From: Candidatus Poriferisocius sp.
GTDB lineage: Bacteria; Actinomycetota; Acidimicrobiia; Acidimicrobiales; Bin134
DNA length: 64,000 nucleotides
NCBI RefSeq assembly: GCF_965214065.1
Contig: NZ_CBDCAT010000024.1
Coordinates: forward strand, 5,345 to 69,344
Direction of reading: 5' to 3'
Each line of letters opens with the position of its first letter. Positions within the stretch are counted from its first letter, which is position 1. The notes under the pieces are model-generated. The model was not told the origin of the DNA. It searched no databases and saw only the letters and a list, made by a program, of their open reading frames with translations. Below are positions 27,453 through 36,892 of the stretch, piece by piece. The position numbers and the translations under genes were made by a program.

Positions 27453-28610
27453 ATGGGACATCTCACCGCTGCGAAGGTCAAGGCAGCCGGGCCGGGGAAA
27501 TATCACGACGGGCAGGGCTTGCACCTTCGCGTGACCAACACCGGGTCCAAGTCTTGGTTTTTGCGCCTCACTGTGGACGGGCGGCGACGCGACATGGGTC
27601 TGGGCGGCTGGCCGGAGGTGAGCCTTGTCGATGCCCGCCGCAAGGCTCTGGAGCACCGCACCGCCGCCGCCGACGGTCGCGATCCCGTTGCCGACAACCG
27701 CCGGGGCGAGGCCCCCGTTTTCCGAGAGGCGGCCAAGGCGGTGCTCGAGGCGAACCGGCCGCGGTGGAGGGGCGAGCGCCAGGCGAGTCTGTGGTGGAGG
27801 TCGCTTGAGAACCACGCTTTCCCGGTGATCGGCGACATGAGGGTGGACCGCATCACCCAGTCCGACGTGCTGGGGGCTCTGACCCCGATCTGGACCACCC
27901 GCCCCGAGACGGCCCGCAAGGTCCGCCAGAGAATCCGGGCCGTGCTGCGCTGGGCGATGGCGCACGGCTACGTCGTGTTCAACGTCGCCGGAGAGGTGAT
28001 CGACGGCGCTCTGCCGCCGATGCCCAAGGTGCAGTCGCATTTCCGGTCGCTGCCCTATTTCGAGGTCGCCGACGCGCTCGCCGTCGTGGACCAGACCAAG
28101 GCGTCGCCTTCGGCCAAGCTGTGCTTGCGGTTCTTGGTGTTGAACGCGGCCCGCTCCGGCGAGGCCCGGAACGCAACCTGGGACGAGATCGAGTTCGGGG
28201 CCTGCGAGTGGCGGATACCAGCAGAGCGGATGAAGGCAGCGAGCGAGCACCGGGTTCCGCTGTCGGAGGCCGCAATGGCCGTGCTGGATCAGGCCAAAGA
28301 CCACCACGACGGCTCCGATCTGGTCTTCCCGTCGCCGCTCAAACCGGGACATCCGCTCAGCAACATGACCCTGACGAAAATCCTTCGCGATGTCGGGCTC
28401 GCCGACCGGGCAACCGTCCACGGCTTCCGGGCATCATTCCGCACCTGGGCGCTGGAGGAGACAGACACGCCCTGGGCGGTGTGCGAGGCGGCTTTAGCCC
28501 ACAGCCTGGGCGACTCGGTGCAGCAGGCATACATCCGCGGCGACGCGTTCGCCAAGCGCCGAAAGCTAATGGACCGGTGGGCGCAGTACCTGGAACAGCG
28601 ACAGGGATGA
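27453..28610 (+). CDS. int: P4-type tyrosine integrase (DUF4102 N-terminus), intact
   Basis: Start set at ATG 27453 (GGAGGA RBS). N-terminal arm-binding region is HLTAAKVKAAGPGKYHDGQGLHLRV. Catalytic motifs are HGFRASFRTW and QQAYIRGD. Paralog of 8517..9669. Confidence 0.9.
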   Translation: MGHLTAAKVKAAGPGKYHDGQGLHLRVTNTGSKSWFLRLTVDGRRRDMGLGGWPEVSLVDARRKALEHRTAAADGRDPVADNRRGEAPVFREAAKAVLEANRPRWRGERQASLWWRSLENHAFPVIGDMRVDRITQSDVLGALTPIWTTRPETARKVRQRIRAVLRWAMAHGYVVFNVAGEVIDGALPPMPKVQSHFRSLPYFEVADALAVVDQTKASPSAKLCLRFLVLNAARSGEARNATWDEIEFGACEWRIPAERMKAASEHRVPLSEAAMAVLDQAKDHHDGSDLVFPSPLKPGHPLSNMTLTKILRDVGLADRATVHGFRASFRTWALEETDTPWAVCEAALAHSLGDSVQQAYIRGDAFAKRRKLMDRWAQYLEQRQG

Positions 28611-28793
28611 TGGGCCTCGATGAAGACACGCGGCCCTGTGCCCACGAGCGCGGCTGAGCTTGGCGCCGGCGCATCCGCGACTTGCGGTCGCTTCGCTGGC
28701 CGCTCTACTGAAGCTCTCTGTGCTCGCCCAGCAAGTTGTCGACGCTCCGAAATCTGTATATGTCCATGGCGGTCCTCTTGTGCGAAACAGGGG

Positions 28794-29894
28794 TTACGAC
28801 GTGCAGGCTCCACCGTCGCCGTCGCGGTCTAGCCGGTAGGGGTCTACGCCCGGGACTAGAACGGTGACGGGCTTCTGGTCTGATGTGAGGTCGCCGCAGT
28901 TCAAGGCATCGCCAGACAGGCTGGGCAGGCACGGGCTGTAGGCGGGATGGCAGTCCGAGACGCTTGTTGTCTCGGCGGCTGTTTCCGTTGGCGGCGGTTG
29001 GATCGGCTCTGTTTGGAGGCTGGAGGGGCCTGACGGCTGCATGGGCCCGTCGGCGGGGCAGGCCTGGAGCACCTGTTCCAACGCGTTCTTCTCGGCTTGG
29101 TCTACCGACAGGTCGAATGCGGCTTTTACCTCGACCGTCTTCCAGGCCATGAAGCAGCGGCCCTGTGCAGTTGTCATAAGCCCTTGACATGTTCCGCTGC
29201 CGATCCGCCCGGACCATTCAGCCATGTCCCGCGAACCCTTGGATCGGTTGACGCAGTCGCGTGTCGCCACGAGGTTCAGAGCATCGTTGCCGAACGACTG
29301 GCGGCGGGCGGCGTTCCACTCCCACCCTCCTGACTCGAATGCTTCTTGAGCGGCGACGATGTGGTCGACGTCGCAGGTGGAGGCATCGAAAGCGACCCCC
29401 GTGTAGGGGTCTACGCCTGACGCGTTGCACAGATACCCTCGGTCATGCTCGAAATCGGACCGCTCGTAGCCTGATCCCCCGTACTCAGGCTCGACAGACA
29501 GACTGTCGAGAACGCCCAGCGCTGTTGAACCAGTCGAGGGGATAGCCGCTGCCGAAGGTGTGGCCGGAACAGGCGTCGAGGGGGCGGCTGTAGGGGCAGT
29601 CGCCCCCTCGGTTGGCTCTGCGGTCGGGATCGGTGCTGTCGCGGCGGGAGACGCGGTGGGCGCAGCGGTCGGCTGGGCTGGCGCGGGGGTAGCAGTGGAT
29701 GACGGGGTTGCGGGGGCAACAGCGCCCGGTGTTGGGGCAGCACTTGGAGTCGCAGAGGCGGGCTGGTCAACATCGGCGGTGTCGGCGGCGGTGGCAGTGA
29801 CAGGCAAGGCGGTCGGATCGGGCGCGCCGGTGTCGTCGCTGGTGCCGCAGGCGAACGCAATGAGCGCCGCGAAAGCCGCTGCCGCCATGGTCAT
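28794..29894 (-). CDS. Secreted DUF1524/HNH-like nuclease with C-terminal Excalibur Ca-binding domain
   Basis: Signal/lipoprotein-like MTMAAAAFAALIAFACGTS (start uncertain), a P/A/T linker, CDVDHIVAAQEA...NLVATRDCVNRSKGSRD, and Excalibur DPYRLDRDGDGGAC. Paralog of 39678..40817. Confidence 0.75.
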   Translation of the reverse strand: MTMAAAAFAALIAFACGTSDDTGAPDPTALPVTATAADTADVDQPASATPSAAPTPGAVAPATPSSTATPAPAQPTAAPTASPAATAPIPTAEPTEGATAPTAAPSTPVPATPSAAAIPSTGSTALGVLDSLSVEPEYGGSGYERSDFEHDRGYLCNASGVDPYTGVAFDASTCDVDHIVAAQEAFESGGWEWNAARRQSFGNDALNLVATRDCVNRSKGSRDMAEWSGRIGSGTCQGLMTTAQGRCFMAWKTVEVKAAFDLSVDQAEKNALEQVLQACPADGPMQPSGPSSLQTEPIQPPPTETAAETTSVSDCHPAYSPCLPSLSGDALNCGDLTSDQKPVTVLVPGVDPYRLDRDGDGGACTS

Positions 29895-30060
29895 CCGGGT
29901 TGTTCTCACGAACAGCAAGCTAGAGCCCAGCAGCCACTCGTCTCTCATCACGCAGGCACCACCTTGCCCTGCGAGTTCTCCAGGACTGCGCCACACAGCC
30001 TGGGTTATGCCGCGGGGGTTCATATCGTCTCGAGTTCCCCAGTTCTGTCGGTAGGCTGCA

Positions 30061-31017
30061 TTGGCGCGTCGCCCCGATTTCGTGAGCGATCTGGCTGATG
30101 AGATCGAGCAGTATTTCGACAAGGAGGGCATCCGGCACGAACGAGGCGAGTCGCCAAGTCCTGCGGACCTGCTGGAGCGGTATCTCTATCACTTCGACAA
30201 GGTGATCGTGCCGGGCCCGCGCCGTGTGCATTTCTCGGCTGAGCTCCGCGCCGCACTGGGGACGCTAGACGGCCGCTATGGGACCGCGATCGAGGCCATC
30301 AAGAGCCGCTTCGAAGCGGGAGGCGACCTCGCAGAGTTCCTTAGCAGGAAGGCGGCCGACGCCGGTTTCAAAGACAGGCTGCCGAGCGATTTCGGCATCC
30401 ATCATTTCCATCTCGGAGCAAAATCCGCCCTTAGCGAACGGCATGTGCGGCGCACAGGCGACTTGCTGTTCGTGTTCGTCCAACCCCTCGACGCGTAATT
30501 CCTCGACGTCAGGAAGCACCCAAACGACAGCGATCCCTGCGATTTCGGCTGGTGCGATGTCGACCTGCTGAACATCATCGACTCGAATTGGCCCGAAGCG
30601 TTGGAGCGCTACACCGCGCCCGGCGTCAAAGGAAGCACGCTCACCGACGAGCAGAGAAAAGTGCTGCGCAGCAAGAACACGAACGTCGCCACACAAGTCG
30701 GCGACAAGGTGATCGCGCCGCCAGGGGGCGGCCTTATGGCTTATGGCTCCAACCTCAAGTGCAAATCCCAGGCCATGAGGTTGCTGACCGAGATACGCCG
30801 CATCGAAAAGATATTCGAGGACCACTGGGACGAACGCGAGGGCGCGTTACGGAGTGCCGGCTTCGAAGACCCCGACAGCGCAGACTTGCGACTTGCGCGA
30901 ATCGCCGACTCCAGCGTCCCGCCTTCCCAGCTCAGATCAATGAATGGGGATTTGAGCTGGATCGGCTGGGCGATCGTAGAAGTCTCGACTGGAACCCTCA
31001 TCGACTGGAGCTTCTAG
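30061..31017 (+). pseudogene. Hypothetical 318-codon gene interrupted by one in-frame TAA
   Basis: ORFs 30061..30498 and 30601..31017 are in the same frame. The only stop between them is TAA at 30496-30498, and the readthrough ...FVQPLDA*FLDVRKHPNDSDPCDFGWCDVDLLNIIDSNWPEALERY looks coding. Confidence 0.6.
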
Positions 31018-31556
31018 CGCCAGGAGCGTCTCAACACTCCGGGTCGCTGCAACCCGGCTGATCTGATCCAAATCGCAGGAAGATCATGGGAGTCCTTCCG
31101 CACTTTGGTCCAGGTCGCCGGGGATCTGCTCTACGGGGGCTTCTGGCGTTAGCCAGCCCGGCTGGAGTTGCCAGCTGACGGAAGGAGGGAAGGCATCTGC
31201 GCTCCCCGCACCCCCTGGCAGGACATACCAGCGACGGTCTCAACTACGGCGATCCCACCGCCGACGAAAGGCTTTCGGCCGTTCTTGCACGAGGGGTCGG
31301 CCCGCTTCGGCTCGACTAGGGCGGCGATGGCAGGGCCTGCGATCCTTTAGTCGGTATCGACGCTCAGCGGCAACGAGTGCGGGGTCGTGCGCGGCCTGAC
31401 CGAGAGTTGTCATAGGCCGCTGGTATGTTTCATCGCCCGTGACGCACAGCGCAGCGAGCCCGGCAGGCAGGCCGACGGCCGGCGATCTGCGGGGCCCTGC
31501 CTGCCTGGGCCGAAGCGTCATCGTCTGGGCCGGCCAGCCCGCACCAGAGGGGTGGG

Positions 31557-34068
31557 ATGGGTGCCGCAGGGTCCGGGTTGGAGATGTCGTCCGGCCCAAA
31601 GTTGCGGGACGCCTGGGCTGCTCGGGAGCCGTTTGTCATCGAGGTCGCCGAAGGCGGCGGCCTGCCCGACTCCGACTGGTCGAGGAACCTCCGCTGGTGG
31701 GAGCTCGACGCGAAATTCAATATCGGCGGCGAGTCGCTGCGGTTCCTGGCCGAGTCGAACGCCGTCGACGCCCGCAATGCCGCCGATCCCAGGTTCGCCC
31801 CGCTGGTGCAGGCGGTCCACCTCGGCGCCCGCCGGTCGCCTCCCGAAAACCCGGGGGACGCTGTGTCGCCGTCCGGCTGGCCCATTTGGTGCGACGGAGG
31901 CCCGCTCGCGCCGTTCGCAGCCGAAGACCTACAGGCCGGCCAAGACGAGGCTGGCGACGGGCGGGTCGGGGTGGTGCCCGCGGCGAACCTCGCCGTCGGC
32001 AGCCTCGTCCCGATCTTCCCGTCAGATCCCGAGGCCGAGCTGGCCGCAGACCAGATGGCTGCGGTCGCCCATATCGGCGGCGGCGCTCGCATCGTCGCTC
32101 CGGCCGGGTCCGGCAAGACACGGGTCCTGACCGAGAGGGCCCGCCACTTGGTGCGCGGCCTCGGCGTCGACCCGAAGGCGGTGTGTCTGGTGGCCTACAA
32201 CAAGCGGGCACAGGAGGAGATGCAAGACAGGCTCTCCGATGTGGGCGGCTTGCAGGTGCGGACGCTCAACAGCCTGGGGCTGGCCATCTGCAACGGGTGG
32301 GGCCGTTCGCCCGCCCCCGCGGATTCGAGAGGGTCAGAACGGCTGCGGAACGCGAAGTGCGGGATCTGCTGGACGGCCTTGTGCCCCCGGCGCCCCACAG
32401 GGCGATGGTGGACCGAATCGGCCCCTACATCGACGCCCTCGCCGCTACTCGCCTCGGGCTGCGCGACCCGTCCTCGGTTGAAGCTGAATACGACCCCGAT
32501 GCCGACGGGTTCGCCGCGGTCGCCGCGGCATATGCCGACCTCCTCGGCGAGCGGGGCCTCGTCGATTTCGACCATCAGATAATCCGGGCGATAGAGGTAC
32601 TGCTCGCTGACCCGCACGCCCGCCTTGCAGCCCGCCGAGTGTGCTCGGTGATGCTCGTCGACGAGTTCCAAGACCTCACGCCCGCCCATCTGCTGCTGGT
32701 CCGTCTCCTCGCCGGGCCTCGGGCCGACGTGTTCGCCGTCGGCGACGACGACCAGACAATCTACGGGTATTCGGGGGCGTCGCCCCGGTGGCTCATCGAC
32801 TACGACCAATACTTCCCCCGCGCCGCCCGCCACGACCTGCACGTCAACTACCGATGCCCCCCAGAAGTCGTGGACGCGGCCGTGAGCCTCCTGTCGCACA
32901 ACGCCGACCGCCTCGACAAGCGGATAGCGGCCCGCCCCGGACTCGAGCAGCGTCCCCGCAACAGCCCCGACGGCCCCGCCATCCGCGCAAAGACCGCCGA
33001 AGACCCGGCCTTGCAGGTGAGACCCCACATCGAGCGTCTGCTGGGCCGGGGCGCCCAGCCAGGCGACATCGCCGTCCTCAGCCGGGTCAACAGCACCCTG
33101 CTCGCACCCCAGCTCGCCCTGGCTGACATGGGAGTCCCCTCGGACCGGCCCGTGGGCCCCCCATTCCTGTCCCGCAACGGAGTGGCCGCCGCTCTCGCCT
33201 GGGTCGAAGCGGCCACCGCAGCCGACAGGGTCGGACCGGACACCATGGAGATCATCGCCCGCCGCCCCCGCGGAGCATCCCGCCCGATCTGGTCCGAATG
33301 GCGGCCCAGCAGCGCACAGCGGAACAGCTCCGCGAGCTGGCCGAACATCTCGACAACCCCGAAGCGGCCTACAAGATCAACAAGCTGGCCGGCGACATCT
33401 CCGCCCTCCGCCACCTCGCCGCCAGACCCGCCACCACAACCGCCCGGCTGCTCGAAGCGGTCCGCGACGACATCGGCCTGGGCGAAGCGCTCGAAGAACG
33501 GCTCGACGCTTCCCGCCACACAGCGAACCGCCCATCACACGGCGACGACCTTCGCGCCCTCATCTCCGTCGCCGGCCTACACCCCCGGCCCGCCGGGTTC
33601 GCCCACTGGCTCACGCAACATCTCTCAGAACCGGCCGAGAACACACCGGGAGGGGTGCGGCTGGCAACCGTACACAAGGTCAAAGGGCTCGAATGGCCCC
33701 ATGTGATCGTCTACGACGCCACAGAAGGGCTCATGCCCCACATCCTCGCCGAAGACCTCGAAGAAGAAAGGAGAGTGTTCCACGTGGCGATCACCCGCTG
33801 CTCCGAATCGGTCACCGTCATCTGCGGCGAAGACTCCTCCCCTTACCCCGCCGAAACTCGCTCTCCCGCTCGCAAGACCCGCACACCGGGCCCCGCCGGG
33901 CCGCCTGCCCCCGCCGGCTCGCGCCGCACCCCCGGAAAACAGCCAACGACGGCCGCCCCAGTATCAGAACGCGTGCAGCCGACCCACCCGGGCACCAGCT
34001 GGCCTGTCCCAACCGGCCAGAAAAAGCCTCGACAGGACGGGAGCCGCAGCCGTAGGACCAGGCGATGA
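31557..34068 (+). pseudogene. UvrD/Rep-type SF1 helicase with unknown 170-aa N-terminal domain; at least 2 frameshifts
   Basis: Walker A (IVAPAGSGKTRVLTER) lies in frame 0. Motifs LVDEFQDLTP, AVGDDDQTIYGY and VNYRCP lie in frame 2. The C-terminal LATVHKVKGLEWPHVIVY...EERRVFHVAITR lies in frame 1. The shifts are near 32290-32300 and at the C5 run 33265-33269. Confidence 0.8.
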
Positions 34069-34237
34069 CCTCAACCAGGGGAACACCGGGCGGGCGGCTC
34101 CGGGAAGATCCTGTGGTGGTACTGCAATTCGCGAGCTCCGACCTCTGTCGGCTGGGCCGCGGCTGGTGGGAAAGTGCCGGTATTGTCGGGCTGGCTGCCG
34201 ATATCGTGCAGAAGTGCCCGGTTTTTTCGATTAGAAC

Positions 34238-34651
34238 TCAGGAGCTAACGACGTGGAGCCACTTCCCGGTCTCACATGTTGGGCACACCGAACCCAAGAC
34301 GGGGAGCGTCTCGCATCGGAGGCACATGACGCGGAACTCGCCGCCATCTCCCGGGCTGTCCTCAACGAAGTCGAATCGGTGCCGAAGCCGCAAGGCGATC
34401 ATCTCGTACTCGTCCACCATCGCCTGCTGATGGTCCGTGGGACCGTCGGCCCAAAGCTCTCTCAGCCTTCCGGCCAATTCCGTTTTACTGGTCTGCAACT
34501 CGTCTGCCTGCTCGTCGCTCAGCATCCTCACCGCATCCCACAGCACTGTGCGCGTGGCGATCAGCTGGCCGACCAAACCCTCGCCGGTGGACACTCGCCC
34601 ACCCACAGGCACCGGCTCACCATCCATGCGAACCCCTCCTCCGCTCCCCAA
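34238..34651 (-). CDS. Hypothetical protein with C-terminal CxxC...CxxC zinc-ribbon
   Basis: 137-aa ORF. The C-terminus carries CLRC...CPTC. Confidence 0.45.
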   Translation of the reverse strand: MGSGGGVRMDGEPVPVGGRVSTGEGLVGQLIATRTVLWDAVRMLSDEQADELQTSKTELAGRLRELWADGPTDHQQAMVDEYEMIALRLRHRFDFVEDSPGDGGEFRVMCLRCETLPVLGSVCPTCETGKWLHVVSS

Positions 34652-34828
34652 CAGCCAACTTCGGAAGATACCTGCGGCTATCCCAGCAGCAGCGCATCAA
34701 ACAGCATCATGGGCCGCAGCAGACATCCCCCCGCAAACCGGACAACCGCCCGAGCCAAAAGCCGCAACCGTGCGACCCGTGGGCGCTGACCGGCAAACTG
34801 GGGGTCGCTATCTCACAGGGGGCACAAC

Positions 34829-35824
34829 ATGGCTGATAATCCCGACACTGCCAACGACCGGGAGGGGCCTTCAGAGTTGAGGGCTTGGGTTGTGCGCGCT
34901 GGCCGTAAGGGAGAACAGGTTGCACACAACCTCCAACACGGTGTGGCGAGTATCGGTTGGGACGAGTGGGATGCCCCTGACCTCTCATCGTTTGCGGACA
35001 GGAACGCCTATGGGGAGTACATAGAGCGGGACTTCCAGCACGAACCACCCAGCGAAAGAGGAAGCTCCCGCGATCAGGTTTGGCGCTTCTACCACGAAAT
35101 CAGCGTGGGCGACCTCGTGGTCCTGCCGTTGAAGAACCACGGCACCGCCGAGGACTGGATCGCTATCGGCCGAGTGACTAGCGCAGCAGCCTTCGACCCA
35201 TCCCAACCCGTAGGTGGCCATCACCACCGATCTGTCCGGTGGCTGGCATCAAGTGTCCCCAAGTCTGCTGCACCCGAAGACCTGCAAAACTCAATCGTGT
35301 ACTCACGTCAGACCGTCTCCATGCCGAGGTCTAGCGAAGCAACCCGCATAATCCAGGAGTTAGCCGACGAACATTTTGATGCTGCATCAGATGATACCCA
35401 AGAGATTGAACATGACCCAGGCAACCATCAGTTTTCCGCCCTATCCGGCGACGAGGCCGGTGCATTCGACGAGGACGGCAGATTCGTAGAAGGGGCCACC
35501 AAGAAGGTCCCAGTCGTCGTGTACGAGAGGGACCCGGAAGCCCGCCGGATTTGCGTCAAGCATCATGGCGCGAAGTGCCGAGTCTGCGGCATCGACTTCG
35601 GAGAGGAATACGGGGACTTCGCAAACGGCTTCATCCATGTCCACCACAAGACCCCGGTGGCCCGAGCAGCCAAAGACGGCGAGTACAAGGTGGACCCGAA
35701 AGAAGACCTCGTGCCCGTGTGCCCGAACTGCCACGCCATGCTCCACCGCCACGAAGACAAGCCATGCACCGTCGAAACCCTGAGAGAGACACGACATACG
35801 AAGAAACAAACCGACAAAGGGTGA
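34829..35824 (+). CDS. HNH endonuclease with uncharacterised N-terminal domain
   Basis: C-terminal CRVCG...HVHHKTPV...VPVCPNCHAMLH (HNH/His-Me finger with Zn cysteines). The roughly 130-aa N-terminal domain (WVVRAGRKGEQ...GDLVVLPL...IGRV) belongs to no family I can name. Confidence 0.8.
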   Translation: MADNPDTANDREGPSELRAWVVRAGRKGEQVAHNLQHGVASIGWDEWDAPDLSSFADRNAYGEYIERDFQHEPPSERGSSRDQVWRFYHEISVGDLVVLPLKNHGTAEDWIAIGRVTSAAAFDPSQPVGGHHHRSVRWLASSVPKSAAPEDLQNSIVYSRQTVSMPRSSEATRIIQELADEHFDAASDDTQEIEHDPGNHQFSALSGDEAGAFDEDGRFVEGATKKVPVVVYERDPEARRICVKHHGAKCRVCGIDFGEEYGDFANGFIHVHHKTPVARAAKDGEYKVDPKEDLVPVCPNCHAMLHRHEDKPCTVETLRETRHTKKQTDKG

Positions 35825-36048
35825 CAACCACCAAAACAGCCTGCCGGTGATGGTTCCGAACGGGTAAAGGAGCCGTTGTCCTCACGGTCTCTCCAAGAAG
35901 GAGCAGACTTGCCCAGTCGCATTCTCCCAATCCGCGTCAAGCCCCCCGCCGAAGCAGGTCCGCCGTGTGATGGCCGCCGACTTGACCTAGGTTTCTGGCG
36001 CCTGTCCCCACCAGGGTTGGCTTCTGTGGGGGCTGCTGGCCGCTGTGG

Positions 36049-36438
36049 TCAGACCTGATACCAGAAGTCGCCGTTGTTTTTCGGCCACCAGGGCGGCTGC
36101 ACCAGGTGGAAGTCCGTCGGCCATGAGAAATGTCTTGAGTAGCCGCCGTAGTGTTTTGCGCTGATCGTTTCATTCGAGCCTACGAGCATCCTGCATTTGG
36201 TGACGGCCGAGCCCGAAAACGTCAGCGCCGGAATGGTGCACGGTTCATAGCTGCTGGCCAGCGAATAGGGCGCTGCCCCCGGCGTGTTGGCCCACACAGG
36301 GGGGCTGTCCGGCATGGCACAGTTCCCGACGGGCATATCGAAGTCGAGCGCCCACAGGCCGCTGTAGGGAACGAAGACGACGGCGTTGGCGATGGTGATG
36401 CAGTCCACCGGGGGAAGGCTGATGATCTTCGCCCGCAA
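36049..36438 (-). CDS. Hypothetical protein (N-terminus unresolved)
   Basis: The frame stays open upstream to 36660 and looks coding (GTISFYGGQSFPENDHTLTG), but has no ATG/GTG/TTG before TTG 36438. Possible truncation or unusual start. Confidence 0.35.
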   Translation of the reverse strand: MRAKIISLPPVDCITIANAVVFVPYSGLWALDFDMPVGNCAMPDSPPVWANTPGAAPYSLASSYEPCTIPALTFSGSAVTKCRMLVGSNETISAKHYGGYSRHFSWPTDFHLVQPPWWPKNNGDFWYQV

Positions 36439-36892
36439 GTCGGCGATGGCCGCTGCGCCGGTGAGAGTGTGGTCGTTCTCGGGGAAGGACTGGCCTCCAT
36501 AGAACGAGATTGTGCCTACCCTGGTGACAGGGGCCTCCCGGTTCGGGGGCAGTGGCTCCGGGCAGTCAGGGTCGTTCCATGTGTCCGGCGGCGGCAGGAA
36601 AGCGAAACAAGGCCGCCACTCCGGGAGACAGCACCTCCGGCAATAGGCGCAGACGCTTGCTCAGGTGTGGCGGAGTGCCACCACCCAAGAAGCCAAGTCC
36701 GACCCGGCCGGCCGACACTCGCCCACCCCTTGAACACGCTTCTCGCCAAGCCACAGCCGTCCTGACTGGCCCTCCGCGGCATCGCCTCAAACTGTCACCG
36801 CGCGCCAATACACTCGCCGCGGAACTGCTAGCCGCCTATAGCCGGATCACTGGCAGGCGAGAGGTGAAATCCGACGACGGGCAAGGAGTCTG

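Noticed and set aside
31439-32290. The first roughly 280 codons of the 755-aa ORF 31439..33706 as the helicase N-terminus.
   Set aside because: That part is R/P/G-rich off-frame sequence. The Walker A and a plausible N-domain lie in the 31557 frame instead, so the gene is better explained as frameshifted.
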